Positions 19,996 to 29,001 of a stretch of 64,000 nt of DNA are shown in pieces. The stretch's first letter is position 1, and each line of letters begins with the position of its first letter. Position numbers and translations under genes: made by a program. Below the pieces are notes generated by a model, which worked only from the letters and a program-made list of their open reading frames with translations, ran no database searches and had not been told where the DNA came from. Origin of the DNA: an uncultured Anaerolineales bacterium. GTDB taxonomy: Bacteria; Planctomycetota; Phycisphaerae; FEN-1346. The stretch spans positions 14,400 through 78,399 of the forward strand of contig CAYWVR010000001.1 in assembly GCA_964461715.1 (NCBI GenBank), read 5' to 3'.

Positions 19996-21033
19996 TTACC
20001 GGAGCACGAAGTACCCGTGCCCGACCACATCGAAGACCTTCTCCTCGAGGATCGCGAGGCCCGCCGCGCGGAAGAGGGCGCGCCACTCGGCGGCGGTGCC
20101 GATCGTCTGGTTCGTGAGGTCGTGGTAGAGGTGGTGCTCGAGGAAGGCGGTGGGGCTCTTGCGGAGCTTTTCGTGGGGCTGCTTGCAGAACTCGCCGATG
20201 TAGAGCAGGGCCCGTGGGAACTGCGTCCGGAGCGACCTCAGGAGACCCACGATCCGATCCGGGCCCTCGTCCAAGTACTCGTGGTACGTATCGACGGCGG
20301 TGACGGAATCGACGTCCGCGTGCTTTTCTGCGACGGCCGCCAAGTCGAACATGTCGCCGTCGCGGACCTCGATCCGCTCGCTGAAACGGCTTTCGGCCAA
20401 GACCTCACGGGCGTAGCGGACCGTGGGCGGGTCGTTGTCGACGCCCACGGCCCGGATCGCCGGGTCCGTCTCGGCCAGGTAGAACAGGAACGCCAGGTCC
20501 CCGCAGCCGAGGTCCAGGACCTTGCGGGCCCCGTGCCGGTGCAGCATGTCCGCGAGGACGGGGTAGGGCAGCGTGCGGCAGAGTTGGCCGCTGCCGCGCC
20601 CGACGTACTTGCCGATCCTCTGGACGTCGTCGGGATAGGCGGCCTCGCCCCTGAGGAGGTCGGGCAGGGCGTCGAAAACGGGGGCGTAGGCGTAGGTCAG
20701 CTCGAAGAAGCCCCGGGGCTCGCCCATCAGGCGTCTCAGCTTCGGCAGGGCCCGGACCCCGCCGCCCTCGACGCGCACCAGGCTCAGGCCGTCGAGGTAG
20801 TCGAGGACGCTCTCGAGGACGCGGCGGTCGAGCTTGCCCTTGCCTGCCAGGTCCTCCAGGGCGACCGATTCGGTCTCCAGGAGCCGGTCCAGGACGCCCG
20901 TCTCCAGCAGGGCCCAGAGACACCCGCAGGTGGCGTAGCCGCGGACGTAGGGCAGGGCCTCGTCGAATCGCCGCTTCAAGCGGATGCTGCGGCGAAAGCC
21001 CAGCAGCTTCATCACTTCGAGGGCTTGGCTCAT
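19996..21033 (-). CDS. Class I SAM-dependent O-methyltransferase-like protein (with N-terminal dimerisation/wHTH domain)
   Basis: VLDLGCGDLAFLFYLAE motif I and an acidic motif (VDND). Start MSQALEV overlaps the upstream stop by ATGA. Confidence 0.75.
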   Translation of the reverse strand: MSQALEVMKLLGFRRSIRLKRRFDEALPYVRGYATCGCLWALLETGVLDRLLETESVALEDLAGKGKLDRRVLESVLDYLDGLSLVRVEGGGVRALPKLRRLMGEPRGFFELTYAYAPVFDALPDLLRGEAAYPDDVQRIGKYVGRGSGQLCRTLPYPVLADMLHRHGARKVLDLGCGDLAFLFYLAETDPAIRAVGVDNDPPTVRYAREVLAESRFSERIEVRDGDMFDLAAVAEKHADVDSVTAVDTYHEYLDEGPDRIVGLLRSLRTQFPRALLYIGEFCKQPHEKLRKSPTAFLEHHLYHDLTNQTIGTAAEWRALFRAAGLAILEEKVFDVVGHGYFVLR

Positions 21034-21791
21034 GGCGTCGGCTCCTCGGCGGGGGCGGCCTCGATGACGAGGGCGTCGTAGCGGGCCCGGACCCGCTCTC
21101 CGGGCGACAGGACGAGGAACCGCTCCGGGTCCCATCGTCCGTCCAGGCCCTCCTGCACCAGCCCCAGGTCCCCTTGGACGTCCATGAACTCCCATCCGCG
21201 CTCGGCGCAGATCTCGCGGACCCGCTGCTTCAGCTCTGGCGGCCGGTGGAAGGGGAACTCGATCAAGGCCCCGTGCGTGTAATGCTCCTCCCACCCGCCC
21301 ATGACCTCCGCGAGGTACCGGGCGTTCTCCTCGCCGTACTTCGCGACCCGCTCGTCCCACTTGGCCCGCCTGTACTCGGGACCCAAGCCGCTCTTGGCCA
21401 TCGGCTCAACCTGTTCGGCCCGGTCGCGGCATTCGAGCCACCCGCTCGAGTACCAGTACGTGCCCGGGTGCCGCTCGAAAAGCTCTGCGTACCGTTCCTT
21501 GGAGCCCAGAAGGAGCGTGATGCAGTCGTGGGCTCGCGGGACGACCAAGGGCACGCGACCCGCCCGGATGCCGTCCATGGCGTTGTTGCAGAGGCCGTAG
21601 CCTAGGACGAGGGCGTCGTAGCGGTCCGGGTCGGTGTCGTCGACGAGGGGCTGGAGTCGGTCGCGGCAGAGGTCGCTGTTGTCGTGGAGGCCCTGGGGCA
21701 GCAGGACGACGTCGACGACGGCCTCGGCCCGGGCGGCGCAGCGGTACATTTCGCGCCGAAGCACGTCGCAGGCCACCACCCGGAGTCGCAT
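21030..21791 (-). CDS. DUF1638 domain protein
   Basis: ...ALVLGYGLCNNAM...PRAHDCITLLLGSKERY..., resembling the DUF1638 signature. TGATG overlap with the GH3 stop. Confidence 0.55.
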   Translation of the reverse strand: MRLRVVACDVLRREMYRCAARAEAVVDVVLLPQGLHDNSDLCRDRLQPLVDDTDPDRYDALVLGYGLCNNAMDGIRAGRVPLVVPRAHDCITLLLGSKERYAELFERHPGTYWYSSGWLECRDRAEQVEPMAKSGLGPEYRRAKWDERVAKYGEENARYLAEVMGGWEEHYTHGALIEFPFHRPPELKQRVREICAERGWEFMDVQGDLGLVQEGLDGRWDPERFLVLSPGERVRARYDALVIEAAPAEEPTP

Positions 21792-23515
21792 CACGCGTCC
21801 TTCCGTTCGCGGGCGACCCTGTAACACGCGCTGCCGGGGAACCGGCGCTCGAATTCCACGTCGCCGACGAGGAACTTGTGCTTGTACTGCTCGACACGTC
21901 CGCCCGTCCGGTCGATGGCCTCCGTGTCGTAGGCGTGCCACGTGCCCGGCGGGAGCGTCCGGACGCGGATGGGGTCGAGGCGTCCGCTGGCCCGTTTGGC
22001 GGCGTACTCGATGTTCAGGTCCACGAGGGCCCGCTCCACGGCTTCGGCCAGGGCCGGCCCGCGTTCGGGCGCCACGGCGGCCTCCTCAACGAGGAGGTCG
22101 TAACAGGGCGCCTCGTCCCAGACGGGGCAGAGGCAATAGCTCTCGACCGGCAGGCCCAGGGCCGCCACGGCCCCGTTGACGGCGGTCACGACCTGGTGCT
22201 CGGTCAGCTTCTCGCCCGTCAGGCTGGAAACGTGCCCCCCTTTGTTCAGGAACCGGATGACGGGGACGGGACCGGACCGGCCGGTCACCTCGACCAGATC
22301 GCCGATATCGTAGCGGAAGAGTCCGGAGGGGGTCGTCAAGACCAGGAAGTACCGTTCGCCCACCTGCGTCTCGTGCGGCAGGAGCGTCGGAGCGTCGGGC
22401 CGGCCCGCCTCCTCCTCGGGCAGGAACTCGAACACGGTGCCCCGGACGTCCAGCACGCCGGCCGATCCGTTCGTCTGGAGGGGCACGGAGAAGCGGCCCT
22501 CGCTGGCCAGCAGGCCGATGTCGCGGACCGGGACGTCGCCCCACACCTCGGGCATCCGCCGCAGGTAGAGCTCCAGCGTCCCGCCCTTCCAGGTTCCGAT
22601 CAGCGGCACGTCCCAGGTGTCCTTCGGGTAGAGGTGGCCGGTGGCCCGGACGATGCGTTCCAGGGCCCGGGCGCGGTCGGGCATGGCCTTCAGGGCCCGC
22701 TCGATGCGGGCCCGGTGCTCCCGGTCGAGGGCGAGGTCGGTCCGCAAGGTCCCGTCTGAAAGGTCGCGCAGCAGGTCGTCCTTTGCCTCGTCCATCGTCC
22801 GCGCGAGGCCCAGCAGCGTGCTCGGATTGGCCGTCAGCGGCATCAGTCGCCGCACCTGGAGGCCCAGGCGGCACGCGAGATAGTACTTCGTGGCCGTGGT
22901 GCCGCTATAGGCGCTCTCGGGGGGCATGATGTAGAGCCAGCGGATGCTGCGTCGCTGGGCCTGGGCCGTCAGGCCGCTCATGGCCCCGGCGGGTACGCCG
23001 GAGGGCGTCGACTCCTCGTCCATGCGGCTGGCGAGTTGGAGGAGCTTGGCGCCGAAGGCGTCGTAGTGGTCGTTGAGTGCATGGACGCCCCAGACGTGCC
23101 ATCCCTCGCGGTAGGCCTTCAGGAGGGCGTCCGTCACGGGGATGTACTTCGGCGTGCCCGTCGTGCCGCTCGTCAGGGCGAACATGTGAACCGGGGTGTC
23201 GGGGCCGAAGAGGGCGGAGAGATCGCCCTCGCGGACGCGTTGGATGTAAGGCTCGGCCCTCTCGTAGCCCGCGATGGGCATGGCTCGGCGCAGGTCGTCA
23301 AGGGTGCGGACGCGGTCGAGGCCGTGATCGCGGGCGAAGTCGCTGCCCTCGACGATCTCGAAGATGCGGCGGAGGACGCGGGACTGGATTTCCGGCCCGC
23401 GCTGGACGGCCCGGTTCCAGCAGGCGACGTGCCGACAGGCCTCCAGGCGCAGGGGCGTCCAGAGGACCCGTCGCATCCGGATGGCCAGCGGGGTACCCAC
23501 GGTCGCTCCCGTCAT
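21791..23515 (-). CDS. GH3-family acyl-acid amido synthetase (adenylate-forming)
   Basis: FALTSGTTGTPKYIPVT phosphate-binding loop typical of GH3/JAR1-like enzymes. ~570 aa. The ATG at 23513-23515 overlaps the upstream hydrolase stop (ATGA). Confidence 0.75.
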   Translation of the reverse strand: MTGATVGTPLAIRMRRVLWTPLRLEACRHVACWNRAVQRGPEIQSRVLRRIFEIVEGSDFARDHGLDRVRTLDDLRRAMPIAGYERAEPYIQRVREGDLSALFGPDTPVHMFALTSGTTGTPKYIPVTDALLKAYREGWHVWGVHALNDHYDAFGAKLLQLASRMDEESTPSGVPAGAMSGLTAQAQRRSIRWLYIMPPESAYSGTTATKYYLACRLGLQVRRLMPLTANPSTLLGLARTMDEAKDDLLRDLSDGTLRTDLALDREHRARIERALKAMPDRARALERIVRATGHLYPKDTWDVPLIGTWKGGTLELYLRRMPEVWGDVPVRDIGLLASEGRFSVPLQTNGSAGVLDVRGTVFEFLPEEEAGRPDAPTLLPHETQVGERYFLVLTTPSGLFRYDIGDLVEVTGRSGPVPVIRFLNKGGHVSSLTGEKLTEHQVVTAVNGAVAALGLPVESYCLCPVWDEAPCYDLLVEEAAVAPERGPALAEAVERALVDLNIEYAAKRASGRLDPIRVRTLPPGTWHAYDTEAIDRTGGRVEQYKHKFLVGDVEFERRFPGSACYRVARERKDA

Positions 23516-24558
23516 CCCGCCTTCTGGCGGGGTTCCTCGGCGGCGTCCGGGCCGCACAGATACCGGTCGAAGAACGCCACCAGGTGGGCGGCATAGGTCG
23601 CCCGCTCGGCGACGACGGCCTGGTTATGCTTGGCCCCGGGGCAGATCCAGAGGTCTTTCCCGCCGGGCTTCTGCTCGTAGAGGGCCCGCGTGTGCTCCGG
23701 CCGCACATACGTATCGCGCTCGCCGCTGATAAACAGCATGGGCACATCCCTCAGCCGCGCCAAGGCCTTTTTCATGCTGGGGAAGCGGCAGCGGAGCTTC
23801 AGCTCGACGTAGAGCATGGTCATGGCCCGCATGAAGCGGCAGACGGGCGGGGAGGCGAGGTTGACGCGGGCGAAGATCTGGCCCCACCGCGTGATGAGCT
23901 GCTCGATCGTGTAATCGGTCGAGAAGACCCCGTCAAGGGCCAGGCACCGGATCGCGGGCTCCAGTACCGCCGCCACCGCCGCGGCGCTCGCCCCGCGACT
24001 GACGCCCAGGACCCCGAGGCCCCGCCGGCCGAGGTCGCGGCAGCTCTGGACGTAGGCGACGGCGGCCCGCACGTCGTTGACCTCGTGATGGCTGGGCCAG
24101 TGGCGGGGCTCGAAGTGCGGCGGGGTGAAGCTGCGGCCGTGGCCGCGAAAATCGAACGTGAAGACCTCGTAGCCTGCCTCGACGAGCGGCCAGGCGTACC
24201 GTCCCGCGCTGAACATGTCGCTGGCGAACTCGTGGCAGAAGATCACGAGGCCCCGTTCGGGCGCCCCCTTCGGACGCTCGACGAACATGCCCCGCAGGCT
24301 CCGCCCGTCCAGGCTCGGGAACGCGACCACTTCGCCCGTGGGAGGCTCGTAATCCTGGAGGTTGGCCGTGACGGGCAGCGGCGTGTCGAGGAAGATGTTC
24401 ACGCAAAGACGCAGATACCGGGCCAGAATGACCATCAGGACCAGCGCCGCCAGGCTGAGGACGGCAATGATCACCAGAGCGGGCCAGTGGTCGGCGAGGG
24501 ATGCGGGCGCGGATTCCGCGAGAAACCCGGTGCTCGGCCCTATCCATGCCGCTCTCAC
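23512..24558 (-). CDS. Alpha/beta-fold hydrolase with N-terminal TM anchor (possible thioesterase/lipase)
   Basis: N-terminal hydrophobic helix. HGRSF and GVSRG (GxSxG) nucleophile elbow. Confidence 0.65.
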   Translation of the reverse strand: MRAAWIGPSTGFLAESAPASLADHWPALVIIAVLSLAALVLMVILARYLRLCVNIFLDTPLPVTANLQDYEPPTGEVVAFPSLDGRSLRGMFVERPKGAPERGLVIFCHEFASDMFSAGRYAWPLVEAGYEVFTFDFRGHGRSFTPPHFEPRHWPSHHEVNDVRAAVAYVQSCRDLGRRGLGVLGVSRGASAAAVAAVLEPAIRCLALDGVFSTDYTIEQLITRWGQIFARVNLASPPVCRFMRAMTMLYVELKLRCRFPSMKKALARLRDVPMLFISGERDTYVRPEHTRALYEQKPGGKDLWICPGAKHNQAVVAERATYAAHLVAFFDRYLCGPDAAEEPRQKAG

Positions 24559-24639
24559 GGGTCGGCCTCCTGCGAAGTACCCGGATACCTCCGTAGCCGG
24601 GCGAGCGGGTGCAGAGAACGGCCGCGCCGGCGCCCCGGA

Positions 24640-25932
24640 TCAGGACTCCGCGTACTTCCTCACGATGAGGGAATCGTTCTGGCCGCCGAAGCCGAACGAG
24701 TTGGACATGGCGACCTCGACCTCGGCCTGGCGGGCGGCGTTCGGCACGTAGTCCAGGTCGCACTCCGGGTCCGGGTTCTCCAGGTTCATGGTCGGCGGCA
24801 GAATCCCGTCGCGGATGGCCATGACGCAGGTCATCAGCTCGGTGGCCCCGGCGGCGGCGATGAGGTGCCCCAGCATGCTCTTGACACTCGAGACGGGCAC
24901 CTTCGTGGCCGCATCGCCGAAAACGACCTTGATGGCCCGGGTCTCGACCTTGTCGTTCTCGGTCGTTCCGGTGCCGTGGGCGCTGATGTAGTCGATCTGG
25001 CCGGGGGCCACGCCCGCGTTGTCGAGGGCCATCTGCATGGCGGCGGCCGGGCCGCGACCCTCCGGATGGATGTCGGTCATGCGGTAGGCGTCGCTGCTGG
25101 TTCCGAAACCGATCAACTCGCCGTGGATGCGGGCCCCGCGGTCCCGGGCGGCCTCCAGCTCCTCCAGGACCATGATCGTCGAGCCCTCGCCGAGGACGAA
25201 CCCGGCCCGTTCTCGGTCGAAGGGGCGGCTGGCCCGCCAGGGCTCGTCCTTCGGCTCCGTGGAGATGGCCGTCAGCAGGTTGAAGCCCGTCACTCCGAGG
25301 GGGTGGATCATCGAGTGCGTGCCCCCCGCGAGCATCCGGTCCGTCCGCCCGGTGCGGACCAGCTCCAGGGCCTCGCCGATGGCCTGGGTGCTGGCTGCAC
25401 AAGCCGTCAGACACGAGAAGACGGGCCCGCCGAGGCCGTACTCGCTCGCCAGGTGATTGGCGGGCATATTCGGCTCCTGCTCCAGCTCCCGCATGGCCTG
25501 GAACGTCTCCTCGCCCTTTCGGGCGAAGCGGGCGATGTCGAGGTCGCCGTCGGCGCCGAGGGCGTAGAGTGTGGAGACGGCCAGGCTCTCGAAGTCGATG
25601 GCCCCTTCGCCGCTCCCGAGGTAGATGCCGAACCGGTCCCGGTCCACGGCAGCCAGGTCCAGCCCCGAATCGTCCAGGGCCATCCGCCCGGCGGCGGCGG
25701 CGAAGCGGACGTTGCGCCCCCCGGCCGCGTACCGGGACGGGTCGCGAACGTACGCTGCGAGGTCGAATTCGGGCACTTGGGCCGCGAACGTCGTCGGGAA
25801 CGTCGACGCGTCGAAGATCTCGATGGGCCGGATGCCGCTCTTGCCCGCCACCAGGCCCGCCCACGTCTCTTCGTACGTGAAGCCGAGGGGCGTGATCGAG
25901 CCGATGCCCGTGATGACGACGCGTCGCTTCAT
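24640..25932 (-). CDS. Beta-ketoacyl-ACP synthase (FabF/KAS II-like), catalytically complete
   Basis: MKRRVVITGIGSITPLG. Cys in LTACAAST, His in SAHGTGT, Lys/His in VKSMLGHL. Confidence 0.85.
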   Translation of the reverse strand: MKRRVVITGIGSITPLGFTYEETWAGLVAGKSGIRPIEIFDASTFPTTFAAQVPEFDLAAYVRDPSRYAAGGRNVRFAAAAGRMALDDSGLDLAAVDRDRFGIYLGSGEGAIDFESLAVSTLYALGADGDLDIARFARKGEETFQAMRELEQEPNMPANHLASEYGLGGPVFSCLTACAASTQAIGEALELVRTGRTDRMLAGGTHSMIHPLGVTGFNLLTAISTEPKDEPWRASRPFDRERAGFVLGEGSTIMVLEELEAARDRGARIHGELIGFGTSSDAYRMTDIHPEGRGPAAAMQMALDNAGVAPGQIDYISAHGTGTTENDKVETRAIKVVFGDAATKVPVSSVKSMLGHLIAAAGATELMTCVMAIRDGILPPTMNLENPDPECDLDYVPNAARQAEVEVAMSNSFGFGGQNDSLIVRKYAES

Positions 25933-25969
25933 GGTCCCTCGCGCGGCGGGACGGGCCCGCACGCCTCTC

Positions 25970-27298
25970 CTATCGGTTCAGGCGGACGACGGTGGCGGCG
26001 GTCTGGCCGCCGACGCCCCCGCTCGTGATGAGGGCTAGGTCGGACTCCATCGCCGCAGGTTCGCCCCGAACGAGCCTCAGGGCCACGTCGGGGGCGGGAT
26101 CGTCACAGTTCAGGACAGGCGGGACCTGGCGGGTCCGGGCCAACTTGCACAGGACCGCCAGGTCCGCGGCCCCGCTGGCGGCGCCCATGTCGCCCGTGAC
26201 GCCTTTGGTGGCGGTCACCGGCACGCGGGAGGCGGCCGACCCGAGGGCGGCCTCCAGGCCCGCGGCCTCGCTCGTATCCTGCGGCGGATAGGCCGATCCG
26301 TGGGCCACGACGGCCCCCAGGTTCCCCGGATCGACACCGGCGGCGTCCAAGGCGGCCTCGACCGCGAGGCGCGTGGCCCGTCCGTCGGGGTCGCACGCGT
26401 TGACGCCCGCGACCGTAACGGAGGCCCCGCAACCGAGGATTTCGCCGTAGACGCGGGCCTCGCGGGCCTCGGCTCCCTCCGCCGACTCCAGCATCAGGAT
26501 CGCCGCCCCTTCGGCCGCCACGAAGCCCGTCCGGGCGGCGTCAAAGGGTCGGGAGGCGGCCGCGGGGTCGCCCTCGGTGGTGGCCAGGCGGCCCAGCATC
26601 TGCATCCGCAGCATCAGGACGGGGTTGACGCGGCTCTCCGCGCCCCCCGCGAGCATCCGGTCGGCCGCCCCGCGCGTGAGGATCCGCGTCGCCTCGTCCA
26701 GGGCCAGCAGCCCCCCCGCGTCCCCGCACGTCAGCGAATTCGAGGGCCCCCGGGCGTCCCAGAGCACGCCCGTGTGGCAGGTGTGCATGTTCGGGAGGTA
26801 CTTGAGGAGCCACAGCGGGAACATCTGCGGGATGCCCCGCTCGCCCCAGCCCGTCATATCGAACTCGCCGTCCTCGGCGGCAGCCCGGACCGGACGGGCG
26901 ATGTCCTCGATCTCGGTGGGGATGAAGTTCGTGCCGAAGACGAGGCCGAACCGTGCGGGGTCGATGTCCGGAAGAACGGGCTCCTTGGCCTTGAAATCGC
27001 CGATTCTGAGGCCGGAATCGAGGATTGCCAGGTTTGAGGCGGCCACGGCCATTTGGATGTCGACGGCCATGACCTTGGCGTTCTTCTTGATGTAGCGGCT
27101 CTGGTCCTTGCGGACGCCGGCGGCGGGGTCGAACTCCAGGACCTCCCCGGTCACGTGGCTCGAAAAGGCGGACGGATCGAAGCGCCGGAGGGTCCGGACG
27201 GCACTGCGGCCGTCGCGAACGGCCTCGGCGAGGGCCCCGGCCCCGACGCCGGGGGGGCTGACCACCCCCAGCCCGGTGATCACGACACGACGTTCCAC
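25970..27298 (-). CDS. KS-like partner / chain-length-factor-like beta-ketoacyl synthase paralogue (second catalytic His replaced)
   Basis: MERRVVITGLGVVSPPG thiolase fold. First His retained (VAHGSAY). The GHL motif reads GDMGAASG (His to Asp). Confidence 0.7.
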   Translation of the reverse strand: MERRVVITGLGVVSPPGVGAGALAEAVRDGRSAVRTLRRFDPSAFSSHVTGEVLEFDPAAGVRKDQSRYIKKNAKVMAVDIQMAVAASNLAILDSGLRIGDFKAKEPVLPDIDPARFGLVFGTNFIPTEIEDIARPVRAAAEDGEFDMTGWGERGIPQMFPLWLLKYLPNMHTCHTGVLWDARGPSNSLTCGDAGGLLALDEATRILTRGAADRMLAGGAESRVNPVLMLRMQMLGRLATTEGDPAAASRPFDAARTGFVAAEGAAILMLESAEGAEAREARVYGEILGCGASVTVAGVNACDPDGRATRLAVEAALDAAGVDPGNLGAVVAHGSAYPPQDTSEAAGLEAALGSAASRVPVTATKGVTGDMGAASGAADLAVLCKLARTRQVPPVLNCDDPAPDVALRLVRGEPAAMESDLALITSGGVGGQTAATVVRLNR

Positions 27299-27314
27299 GG
27301 TCCGGGTCGACTCC

Positions 27315-27815
27315 TCAGCCGGCGGTCTCGTCCGACGCGCCGAGCTTCTTCAGGTCGCGCATGCGGAGCATGCGGACGAAATCCTCGTTGAAGACGAAAT
27401 TCTCGCCGCCGGCCTCCACGGGGGCCCGCGACTGGTCGAGGTGGGCGAACATCAACTCCACCTCCCCCACCACCTCCTCGCCGCGCGTAATGCGGCCCTC
27501 GATGGAGGCCCCCTCCGGCCGCACCTCGCCCCGCACCGTCGCCTCGAAGCGGATCTGGTCGCCGGGGAGGACGAGACGGTGGAACGTGGCGCGCGTGACC
27601 TTCGCCAGGACCACCTTTTCCCGGAAATCGAAGGCCTCGCCCACCAGCACGCCGCCCGTCTGGGCCATGCCCTCGATCATCAGCGTGGGCGGATGGACGG
27701 GAAAGCCCGGGAAATGGTCGTGGAGATGCTCCTCGGCGAGCGTGACGTTCTTGACCGCGACGGCCCGCCGCCCGCTCTCGAACTCGAGGAACTTGTCGAT
27801 CCAAATCCAACGCAT
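27315..27815 (-). CDS. FabZ-like 3-hydroxyacyl-ACP dehydratase (hotdog fold)
   Basis: HFPGFPVHPPTLMIEGMAQ active-site His/Glu motif. Confidence 0.8.
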   Translation of the reverse strand: MRWIWIDKFLEFESGRRAVAVKNVTLAEEHLHDHFPGFPVHPPTLMIEGMAQTGGVLVGEAFDFREKVVLAKVTRATFHRLVLPGDQIRFEATVRGEVRPEGASIEGRITRGEEVVGEVELMFAHLDQSRAPVEAGGENFVFNEDFVRMLRMRDLKKLGASDETAG

Positions 27816-27893
27816 GGGGCGCTCCGCCGCTTTCGCTGCCGCGCGGCACGCGCCGCCGGCGGCTCGGGAGTCCGGCCGTCGGGCCGACGGGCC

Positions 27894-28292
27894 TCAGGCG
27901 CTTTCGCCCTCGAGCTTCGCCTCGATGTACTTGACGATCATGTCCACGGTGAAGAGGTCGGACATGTCCTGGACGGTCGGGTTCTTCTCGAACTCCTCGA
28001 GGTCGGCGTACGGCATCCGCTCCCGCAGCTCCGCCAGGCCCTTCTCGGTGAATTTCCCGTCCTGGACGAACTCATCGCTGTTCAGGACGTTGTCGGGGAA
28101 CAGGTCGCCGCGGGGCACCTTGATGTTGAAGGTCTTCTCGAGGCGGAAGACGATGTCGAGGAAGTCGATGCTTTCGGCCCCCAGGTCGGCCTGGATGCGG
28201 GCTTCCGGAGTCACCTCGTCCTCATCGACGCCCAAGGCGTCCACGAGGGCTTCCTGGATCTTCTCGAAGATCTCGTCGCGGCTCAAAGCCAT
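27894..28292 (-). CDS. Acyl carrier protein, elongated (132 aa)
   Basis: DLGAESIDFLDIV phosphopantetheine-attachment motif. ~50-aa acidic C-terminal extension. Confidence 0.7.
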   Translation of the reverse strand: MALSRDEIFEKIQEALVDALGVDEDEVTPEARIQADLGAESIDFLDIVFRLEKTFNIKVPRGDLFPDNVLNSDEFVQDGKFTEKGLAELRERMPYADLEEFEKNPTVQDMSDLFTVDMIVKYIEAKLEGESA

Positions 28293-28349
28293 CTCGCTTG
28301 ACCTCCACCTAATGTGTGTCGCGCCCGTCCCCGCCCCAAGATCGTCCGC

Positions 28350-28847
28350 TCAGCGGGCGGCGGACGCCTCCAGAGCCCGGGGACCTCCCATCAGTCGAAA
28401 CCGCTCCCTCAGGTGCTCTCGCAGCCGGTCGTCGATGTCGGTTCGGGCCGGGTCCTCGTCGACCACGTTCCGATGTGTCAGGACGAGCCGGGCCTGAATC
28501 CCCACCGTCCCGTCCCATCGTCCGAGGGCCTTGAATCGGCTCTCGTCGGGGCCGATCTCCCGGGCCTCGCACTCCAGGATCATCTGCCCGCCCGGCCGAA
28601 GAAAGTTGCCGTATCGGACGTTCCGGGCCTCCTTCAGGAGCACCAGCGTCCGACCGTAATCCGTCTCCAGCCGCACCAGCCACGCCGCCGCCTGCACCAG
28701 CGCCTCCAGCATCATGACGCCCGGCAGCACGGGATACGCGGGAAAATGGTCCGCGAGGTACTCCTCGCCCAGGGCCAGGCTCTTGACCGCGACGATCTTC
28801 TTGCCCGGCACGATCTCCTGGATGCGATCAACGAGATAGAATCTCAT
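28350..28847 (-). CDS. Second FabZ/FabA-like hotdog dehydratase
   Basis: ADHFPAYPVLPGVMMLEALVQ motif. Confidence 0.75.
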   Translation of the reverse strand: MRFYLVDRIQEIVPGKKIVAVKSLALGEEYLADHFPAYPVLPGVMMLEALVQAAAWLVRLETDYGRTLVLLKEARNVRYGNFLRPGGQMILECEAREIGPDESRFKALGRWDGTVGIQARLVLTHRNVVDEDPARTDIDDRLREHLRERFRLMGGPRALEASAAR

Positions 28848-28910
28848 GGCATCCCCGGCGGCCGTATTCTATCGCGGCCCGGCCTCGGCGTGCAAAGCTT
28901 TTCGCCCGCA

Positions 28911-28943
28911 AGCCCCGCACGGGGCCCTTTCCCCCCGGGAAAG
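28911..28943 (-). terminator. Pair of GC-rich hairpins between the aminotransferase and the dehydratase (possible weak terminator/attenuator)
   Basis: GCCCC-GCAC-GGGGC and CTTTCCC-CCC-GGGAAAG stems. No strong U-tract. Confidence 0.25.
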
Positions 28944-29001
28944 TCGAGAAACTTAGCAGAACCCTCACGGACACGCAAGGCAAAAAGCGCTTCCGCCGCC
29001 T

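Noticed and set aside
19774-21081. 435-aa plus-strand ORF opposite the methyltransferase gene
   Set aside because: No motifs. Antisense to an ORF with clear SAM-MT motifs and operon-consistent overlaps.
23077-26028. 983-aa plus-strand ORF across the hydrolase/KS genes, with similar ORFs at 23933-25864, 26300-27037 and 27108-28497
   Set aside because: Antisense GC-frame artefacts. The minus-strand KS, hydrolase, FabZ and ACP carry unambiguous catalytic motifs.
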